Shown piece after piece: positions 1 through 5,966 of a DNA stretch of 46,292 nucleotides. Positions within the stretch are counted from its first letter, which is position 1. Each line of letters opens with the position of its first letter. This DNA is from Candidatus Levybacteria bacterium CG_4_9_14_0_2_um_filter_35_21 (GTDB taxonomy: Bacteria; Patescibacteriota; Microgenomatia; Levybacterales; UBA12049). The stretch lies in assembly GCA_002788395.1 (NCBI GenBank), contig PFRF01000002.1:1-46292 (forward strand), written 5' to 3'. The position numbers and the translations under genes were made by a program. Below the pieces are notes generated by a model. It did not search any database, was not told the DNA's origin, and was given only the letters and a program-made list of their open reading frames with translations.

Positions 1-42
1 TAACGAACCATTTTGAAAAACCAGCTTTCTATTTGTAGCCAT
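1..42 (-). CDS. First 14 codons (MATNRKLVFQNGSL) of a second RayT/IS200-like Y1 transposase copy. The gene runs off the left edge of the window.
   Basis: Identical to 3448..3489, the 5' end of CDS 2812..3489. The same promoter and hairpin lie upstream. Confidence 0.75.
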   Translation of the reverse strand, partial: MATNRKLVFQNGSL

Positions 43-83
43 TCTTCAATACTAGTTCAAAAAAGAAAAGGTGTCAATCTACT

Positions 84-98
84 ACACCCGGAGGGTGT
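84..98. repeat. REP-like hairpin ACACCC-GGA-GGGTGT
   Basis: Perfect 6-bp GC-rich stem with a 3-nt loop. The same 15-mer occurs at 3531..3545 and its reverse complement at 2769..2783. Confidence 0.85.
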
Positions 99-137
99 AA
101 AGCTAAAGTTTTTAATTTTATTTAAGAATTGAAAAGT

Positions 138-2042
138 TCATAGGTGGGTTTTTAAGTATTTCACGTCGTACAGAAGTATTTGATATGCTCCTTCTTTAAT
201 TAATGAGGATTTTCTAATAGATCTTATTATGTCTTCAAAAATTCTTAATTCCATTACAGCTATTTTCCTTCTTCCTTTGTCATAGTTCTTCTTAGCATTT
301 TTTACAAGGAAAATTAAATTGTTTGATATCCAAGGAGAAATTAACTTTTGAGTTTTAGCTTCGCTTACGTCATTAATTAGATTTTGAAAAGTTACTATTT
401 TAGTATTTTTAGAAGTATTGGAATTCAGTTTATCAAAATTTACGATAAAACTATCGGCTTTGCTTGGTCCAATTAATCCATTTTGTTCTAAAACATTAAC
501 ATTTCCATCCTTATCGTAAAAATAAGCAGCAATTTTATATTTCTGCGCAATTTGTGAGGTTAGATCTATTTGGTAATTTTCTGTCTCCGGCTTGGAATAA
601 TAATATGTTTTTATTGGATCTCCGCTTAATTGACCAGGATTAGAATCATTTTTCAATGGCTGCTGTAAGTATTGTTCTCCAACAAGATTTCCCAGTGAAT
701 CTTTAACTTTAATATCAAGATTTTGATTGGTGACAAGCAGTATATACGAGAGATCTGAGCTTGTGGGCATATATCTGCCGAGAGATAAATAAGAATTGCC
801 GTATGAATTAAGATCGTTTCTGTTAAAATACGGATCGTTAATGGTAAAGGAATCCGAGGAGATTCCTTTTGCAACCACAAAATGATTCGCAACTTCTAAA
901 ATATCCGGCATGTCATTCATAAGGTCATTTGTTAAATGTTCATTATTCTGAAAATTTTCTCGGTAATATTCAAGTGCGTCAAAGCTTATGGGATTATTAT
1001 CCTTAACAAGTTTTGGAAGTCTAGAAATTGCAAGCCAATTAACATAGCCATTTTCAACATACCCATCAGGTTGACTTTTTAACCAGAGGTCTAATGAACC
1101 AGGGTCTAAATCCGATTCGTTAGTCATTTTATTTATACCGTAGTACCTTAGGATCATTGCTGCGGAAGTTAGGGCACATCCCCAAGAATTTATTGTAGGA
1201 CTTGTGGGAGCCCATCTATTTGCGCTGTCATAAACATGAAACTTCCAGGGACTTGAGGTTTGTTTTAGAATCGGAACGTTTAAGCTAGTTGGTGTTGGTG
1301 TTGGTGTTGGTGTTGGTGTTGGTGTTGGTGTTGGTGTTGGTGTTGGTGTTGGTGTTGGTGTTGGCTCATCTAGACTGGTAACAACAACATTATCAAACCA
1401 TGTTTCACTGGAGGAGTCACTACCAACGCCAGCCCTTAATCCGATCGTTCCTAAAGGAAGGGATGTAGAAAGATGTACTTCTCTGACTAAAACGTAATTT
1501 ATTAAAACTTTAATGTTGCTTGGGGTAACGATTAATTTAATATGATATGTCTGTCCATTTGGATAGCCCTGAGATATGTTTACTAAAGTTTGGTCTATGG
1601 GGCCACCTAAGAAAAAATTCCCCGGAGATTGAAAATGTACTTCATATATTATCGAGCCGTCAGGTAACACAATTACGTATGGTAAGTTGTGATCTGTACC
1701 GCTTACGAATTTCATGTCTACCTCAAATGTGTACTGATTTAATTGAGTTGACCAATTTGGCGATGTAGGAATTATATTAGTTGCACATGTAGGCTGTACT
1801 GGGATGTTTATTCCTACCTGTCCATTTTCTACTGTCCAATGCGCATTGCATGTTGGTGTCGGTGAAGGATCGAACCTTACCCATTTTGACGGAAAAGAAC
1901 CATTAATGTAAGAGTCAAAATCGTCTTGAAATATTATATTTGAAGCACTTGTCTTGTTCCAAATGGAAGGTGGTAAAGATAAAAATAAAATAAAAACAAA
2001 AAAAATAAACAAAAGAAATTTTAGGGCAGATAATTTCTTCAT
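138..2042 (-). CDS. Secreted multidomain protein: signal peptide, LamG/DUF1080-like lectin jelly-roll, (PT)13 linker, C39-like papain-fold cysteine peptidase, beta-sandwich, C-terminal helical tail
   Basis: The ORF is 138..2108, but MKKLSALKFLLFIFFVFILFLSL at the ATG at 2042 is a textbook signal peptide. The lectin part reads IIFQDDFDSY...WTVENGQ...TWFDNVVV. The peptidase part has LNVPILKQ (oxyanion-hole Gln), WGCALTSAAMILRYYG (Cys), HFVVAKG (His) and INDP. The tail reads GAYQILLYDVKYLKTHL. Confidence 0.8.
   Translation of the reverse strand: MKKLSALKFLLFIFFVFILFLSLPPSIWNKTSASNIIFQDDFDSYINGSFPSKWVRFDPSPTPTCNAHWTVENGQVGINIPVQPTCATNIIPTSPNWSTQLNQYTFEVDMKFVSGTDHNLPYVIVLPDGSIIYEVHFQSPGNFFLGGPIDQTLVNISQGYPNGQTYHIKLIVTPSNIKVLINYVLVREVHLSTSLPLGTIGLRAGVGSDSSSETWFDNVVVTSLDEPTPTPTPTPTPTPTPTPTPTPTPTPTSLNVPILKQTSSPWKFHVYDSANRWAPTSPTINSWGCALTSAAMILRYYGINKMTNESDLDPGSLDLWLKSQPDGYVENGYVNWLAISRLPKLVKDNNPISFDALEYYRENFQNNEHLTNDLMNDMPDILEVANHFVVAKGISSDSFTINDPYFNRNDLNSYGNSYLSLGRYMPTSSDLSYILLVTNQNLDIKVKDSLGNLVGEQYLQQPLKNDSNPGQLSGDPIKTYYYSKPETENYQIDLTSQIAQKYKIAAYFYDKDGNVNVLEQNGLIGPSKADSFIVNFDKLNSNTSKNTKIVTFQNLINDVSEAKTQKLISPWISNNLIFLVKNAKKNYDKGRRKIAVMELRIFEDIIRSIRKSSLIKEGAYQILLYDVKYLKTHL
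1287..1364 (-). repeat. Coding hexanucleotide microsatellite (GGTGTT)n encoding (PT)13
   Basis: Perfect ggtgtt tandem units on the plus strand. Read on the minus strand they are CCA ACA repeated, giving 13 Pro-Thr dipeptides between the lectin and peptidase domains. Confidence 0.95.
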
Positions 2043-2068
2043 ATCATTAGTATTTATATTATTTAAGA

Positions 2069-2080
2069 CTTTGTCAAGAT
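2069..2080 (-). promoter_or_regulatory. Conserved 12-mer atcTTGACAaag (possible -35 box) upstream of peptidase paralog 1
   Basis: The identical 12-mer occurs at 5926..5937 upstream of paralog 2. TTGACA lies 29 nt before the ATG at 2042. The -10 match (AATACT with a 17-nt spacer) is weak. Confidence 0.35.
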
Positions 2081-2213
2081 GGAAAAATATTGTTTGAATT
2101 AGCATCAATAAATAATAGTTTTTTTGTCTGATTTTGTTACGTTTATAGACAATTTATTAATTCCAATATTCGGAGAATCGAATATAATAATTATAGCTAA
2201 GAAAATTTAAAGT

Positions 2214-2246
2214 ATGAGGGTTGTTTTTTTTGCGAGGCTGTTCTAT
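2214..2246 (+). pseudogene. 5' remnant of a GT4 glycosyltransferase gene (MRVVFFARLFY...)
   Basis: ATG AGG GTT GTT TTT TTT GCG AGG CTG TTC TAT matches the start of CDS 7517 (ATG ACT ATT TTA TTT TTC GCA AGG TTG TTT TAT; MTILFFARLFY). After this the sequences diverge, and a stop follows 17 codons later. Confidence 0.5.
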
Positions 2247-2369
2247 TTAAATTACGTTAATTATAAAATGTATAAAAGCAAATTTAAAAGTATCTAACGA
2301 ACATTTTTATATCTATAAATTCCCAATTGAGCTCTTGCTTTATTAAGTGGGGAATTAAAAATATTTAAA

Positions 2370-2666
2370 TTGGTTTTTGAAAAAAATCAAAAATTTTTAA
2401 AATTCTCACAAAAGACAATGAAGATTTGGAAAGTTAAAATTGGCACTTTATCTGCAGTGCCTGTCGTTACAGATGGACATGGCGGGAGCATTTGGGGTTA
2501 TATTAAGACCTGTAATAATAAATTAAGATTGATAATTTTTCAGAAAGATATTCCTGTTGAGTTGTTTGGATCAAAACCTAGAACAGAGTCAAAAACGCTT
2601 TTTATTAGGCATAAGATTTTTATCAGTGATATTGTCCCCCTCTCTCAAATTATCCCCAAGAAGTAG
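2370..2666 (+). CDS. Hypothetical small protein (orphan ORF; TTG start, or ATG at 2418)
   Basis: It is the only sizeable ORF in the 703-bp gap 2109..2811. I recognise no motif, and no clear SD or promoter is visible. Confidence 0.25.
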   Translation: MVFEKNQKFLKFSQKTMKIWKVKIGTLSAVPVVTDGHGGSIWGYIKTCNNKLRLIIFQKDIPVELFGSKPRTESKTLFIRHKIFISDIVPLSQIIPKK

Positions 2667-2768
2667 GTTTGGAAGTTAAAGCATTCTAAATGTAAATTTT
2701 TTAGACTTTGCGATAAAGCATAAACAGAGATAAGGTTGGGTTTTTGTGTTTGATGTTACACCCATATT

Positions 2769-2783
2769 ACACCCTCCGGGTGT
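2769..2783. repeat. REP-like hairpin ACACCC-TCC-GGGTGT (inverted copy)
   Basis: Reverse complement of the 3531..3545 hairpin. It lies 28 nt past the transposase stop codon. An extra TACACCC half-site sits just upstream at 2757..2763. Confidence 0.85.
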
Positions 2784-2811
2784 TCTGGCTTCACACATTT
2801 TCTTAAAAAAA

Positions 2812-3489
2812 TTATTCTAAAATTAGGTGTTTAATTTTTTCATATTTTTTACCGTAATCAATTTGATCTAAAACAAACTCTTCGTATTGCTTTGAAGTTT
2901 TAAAAAAAGATAGAACAGTTTCTTTATCTAGTACAATTTTGTTTTCTTTATTTATCGCTAAATAAGCTGAATAAGATGACCATTTGTAGTCCAATAATTG
3001 ATCCCTATTAATTACACTTGATGCTACAGGGTTAATATGGATATATCGCGATAAATGAATTAGCTGATCATCACTTTCAACAAAAACAGCCTTAAAAACA
3101 CCCTCAAATAATGGACCTATTCTTTTATATTTTGCATTGAAGTATTTAGTAAAAGAATTTGTAAAGTTTGCGATAAAAGTTGACACACTATTATCTATTT
3201 TTTGCCGAAAATGAAAATGAAAATGGTTAGGCATTAGACAAAAAGCCAACACATCGACCAAGCTTTCGTTTTCCGACAACCTCTTAAGAGTGTTATCTCT
3301 AGCTTCCAAAGATAATTGCAGAAACTGTGAATACCTGATTGGAATATCTTTATGATTGTAAAAGTTTATTAGTTCTATCGCTCTGTGAAGTTCTCTGGTA
3401 TCTTGAAATACATTTCTTCTATCAAGACCGCGGTTAAATATATGATATAACGAACCATTTTGAAAAACCAGCTTTCTATTTGTAGCCAT
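2812..3489 (-). CDS. RayT/IS200-like tyrosine (Y1, HUH) transposase, 225 aa
   Basis: N-terminal YHIFNRGLDRRNVFQD, HUH motif in CLMPNHFHFHF, and catalytic-Tyr motif LSRYIHINPV. These are typical of the COG1943 / Y1_Tnp family. Confidence 0.8.
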   Translation of the reverse strand: MATNRKLVFQNGSLYHIFNRGLDRRNVFQDTRELHRAIELINFYNHKDIPIRYSQFLQLSLEARDNTLKRLSENESLVDVLAFCLMPNHFHFHFRQKIDNSVSTFIANFTNSFTKYFNAKYKRIGPLFEGVFKAVFVESDDQLIHLSRYIHINPVASSVINRDQLLDYKWSSYSAYLAINKENKIVLDKETVLSFFKTSKQYEEFVLDQIDYGKKYEKIKHLILE

Positions 3490-3495
3490 TCTTCA

Positions 3496-3524
3496 ATACT
3501 AGTTCAAAAAAGAAAAGGTGTCAA
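3496..3524 (-). promoter_or_regulatory. Sigma70-like promoter of the transposase: TTGACA - 17 nt - TAGTAT, with 6 nt to the ATG
   Basis: The minus strand reads gaTTGACAccttttcttttttgaacTAGTATtgaagaATG. There is no SD, which implies a leaderless transcript. The promoter lies inside the 98-bp repeat. Confidence 0.5.
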
Positions 3525-3530
3525 TCTACT

Positions 3531-3545
3531 ACACCCGGAGGGTGT
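3531..3545. repeat. REP-like hairpin ACACCC-GGA-GGGTGT
   Basis: Perfect 6-bp stem with a 3-nt loop, immediately upstream of the transposase promoter. A further GGTGT half-site at 3517..3521 allows alternative pairing. Confidence 0.85.
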
Positions 3546-3591
3546 GGGAAGAGTGTGAAAGAGCGTAATGTGATATTTAAAAACTGAAATA

Positions 3592-5897
3592 TTACAGGTG
3601 GTTTTTTAGATAGCTTGCGTCGTAAAAAAGAATTTGGTAAGCGTCTTCGGTTATATGTTTTCCTCTTTGTGCGTTTAGTTCATTAAGTAAAGAATTTAGA
3701 AAATTTTTTGAGACATTTTTATTTATTTGATTTACGATTTGGGATATTACTACTTTAGTAAGTAAGCTGTTGTAAACACCGTTATTTTTAATGAACTTAA
3801 GATTTTTTGCTTCGTTGATGTCATCAATAAGACTTTGAAAAGAAACAAATCGTTTTATTTCCGATGTATTATTTTGTGAATAACTTATCTCTATGATTTC
3901 ATCATTGTTACTGCTTATTACTCCTTTTATTTTATTTAATTCGTCGTTTCCATCTTCTTGAAATGTTGAAATATTTATTTCATAAATTTCGGTTTTATCG
4001 CTCGATAATTTAATTTCATATTCGCCGTCTGGTGGTTCAGGTAATAAAAATTCGTTTACACCGGTTCCTAAGTCTTCCAGTAAGTTTTGATTATTAGGAT
4101 TACTTATCGGTTCTTGGAATGAATACGATGCATTATTTATTTCATTGACACTCTGAAGAGTTCCATTATCAAAGTATTTTCCTGTTTTATTATTTTGCGG
4201 GTCTGTGACGAGCAATTCAATGCCTGGGTTTACAACTGTAACTAGATAACTAAAGTTAGTTTGCGAAGGAATGTACCTATCTACTTGAGTATAGCTGTTG
4301 AAAGATGCAAGGGCAGCATGGTTCCATTCAGGATCGTTAATAGAATATGTATTGCCTGATACTCCTTTCGCAACAACAAAATGGCTAGAGGTTTGAGAGT
4401 TACTTGCCTTAAGGATATCAGGAAATTCATTTAAATCTTCGTTAAGAAGATTTGTTGTGTTGCTGCTGGGATAAGCTCTTTTGTGCATTAGTTTTATATT
4501 CGCTTTTCTTACGTTAAATAATTGTTTAGTTAGCGTTCCAATTACAGGCCAATTAAAATATGAATAAGAACCACTGCCTCCTTTCCCAGTTAAATATCCA
4601 TTATTATTCTTAAGCCAATTATTAAGAGAGCCAGGGTCTATGGTTGTTTCATCAGTAAATTCATTGATGTTATGAAATTTAAGAACCATTGCTGCAGACG
4701 TAACAGCACATCCCCATCTATCCATGGTTGGATTTGTAAACCCTAGTTTTATTGAATGGTTATATTCTGTAGGACCCCATAGTAAATCATTTTGACTAAA
4801 ATAAGGAACATTAAGAGTATTAGGTTGATTGTCAGTTAACCCATATACATAAACCCCTGCATCTGTTCCTGCATATAAAACATTAGAGTCATTTGCTGGA
4901 ACCAGTAGCCTTTTAACACCAACATCCGGCAAACCGTTAGTTATATTTGTCCAAGTTGAGCCACCATTTGTTGTCATATAAGCACTAGTTTCAATACCAA
5001 GATCTTCACCAGCATACACAGTATTGGGACGCACGGGATCACTAACTAACGCCTTATAAACATTGTTAAGAGCACCGCTGGAAAGTGCCCAATTAACACC
5101 ACTATCTGTGCTCCTATAGACACCAGTATTATCGTTTGCATACAAGTTATTTGAACCGAAAGGATCAATGGCTAACGCAAAGAATCCCGAATTCGCACCA
5201 AAACTGGAAATATTACTCCAATTCAGCCCACCGTCAACACTGTTATTAATGCCTTGTGCACTTCGAGTATAGAGAAGGCTTGAATTGAAAGGATCTAGTC
5301 GTACGACAGTAGGATCGCAAGGTAGACCGGAACCTCGAGTCCATGTACCAGCACCGTCTGTAGTTTTGTAAACTGACCCACAATGTGTGCCAAGGGCAGC
5401 ATACAGAGTGTTTGTATTATTGGGATCGATTATCATACTAAAATCGTCTTGTGGTTGCGCTCCAAAACCAACATCGGTAATCCCATTATCAGCAAGAGCC
5501 CACGAAGCACCAACGTCTATGCTTTTAAATATTCCAGTACGCCCACTGCTACCAAATGTTCCTACTCCTCCTGCATACACAACATTGCTATTGTTCGGAT
5601 TGATCACAATCTCAGTAAAATAACCGGCGGTAGGATTAGAAATGCCATTATTAATGGCATTCCAATAATTCCCTTATCGGTACTCTTAAATATTCCATTT
5701 CCAACTGTGCCGGCGTATAGAATAGTTGGATTATTTGGGTCAACTGCGAAGCTATGGATTACAGAGTTATTTAGTCCTACAAAAGTCCAACTGCCCATTG
5801 TTGGTGTGACAGCATAACTTTTAAAGGATAAAAAGAAAAAAATCAATATTATGAATAGTGGGACAAAAATAATCCTAAGGGCAATCAGATTTTTCAC
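3592..5897 (-). pseudogene. Secreted BNR/Sortilin-type beta-propeller plus C39-like cysteine peptidase protein, split by a 1-nt frameshift near 5671
   Basis: ORF 5604..5897 encodes a signal peptide and the first S-x-D-x-G repeat (KSTDKG). ORF 3592..5607, extended upstream in its own frame, reads NYWNAINNGISNPTAGYFTEIVINPNN and completes that repeat. Later repeats are KSIDVGASW, KTTDGAGTW, SVDGGLNW, RSTDSGVNW and TTNGGSTW. The peptidase part has LNVPYFSQ, WGCAVTSAAMVLKFHNI, HFVVAKG and INDP. The tail reads DAYQILFYDASYLKNHL. Confidence 0.8.
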
Positions 5898-5925
5898 ATT
5901 AATTTATTATTAACATTAAAAATCT

Positions 5926-5937
5926 CTTTGTCAAGAT
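5926..5937 (-). promoter_or_regulatory. Conserved 12-mer atcTTGACAaag (possible -35 box) upstream of peptidase paralog 2
   Basis: Identical to 2069..2080. TTGACA, a 17-nt spacer and AATAAT are followed by 8 nt to the GTG start at 5897. Confidence 0.35.
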
Positions 5938-5966
5938 CGTAATATTCCCCATAGAAATCCGACACT

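Larger units (their letters stand above)
1..98. repeat. 98-bp exact direct repeat, copy A (identical to 3448..3545)
   Basis: A base-by-base comparison shows 98/98 identity. Identity ends right after GGGTGT: the next bases are aaagc here and gggaa at 3546. Confidence 0.95.
2769..3545 (-). mobile_element. Candidate hairpin-bounded Y1-transposase unit (about 777 bp; minimal IS200-like element or REPtron-like locus)
   Basis: A single HUH/Y1 transposase gene is flanked by inverted copies of the same 15-nt hairpin. The size is close to IS200. The right boundary is supported by the end of the 98-bp identity with the second copy. The left boundary is not independently supported. Confidence 0.5.
3448..3545. 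repeat. 98-bp exact direct repeat, copy B (identical to 1..98)
   Basis: See copy A. Confidence 0.95.

Noticed and set aside
1287-1364. The tandem repeat could be mistaken for a CRISPR-like or regulatory array.
   Set aside because: The unit is only 6 bp with no spacers, and it is in frame inside a CDS encoding (PT)13. No CRISPR array, cas gene or longer spaced repeat was seen anywhere in the window.
2043-2108. Longer N-termini given by the ORF track (138..2108, and 15926..15967 for the flippase).
   Set aside because: The extension at 2043..2108 precedes a perfect signal peptide that starts at the ATG at 2042, and it contains the conserved TTGACA word. The extension at 15926..15967 contains an exact TGaTATAAT box 13 nt before the ATG at 15968.
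2769-2783. The ACACCC/GGGTGT hairpins could be ordinary intrinsic terminators.
   Set aside because: None is followed by a U-tract on either strand. The identical 15-mer is reused in inverted orientation around one gene and at the boundary of the 98-bp repeat. A read-through-blocking role, as in IS200, remains possible.
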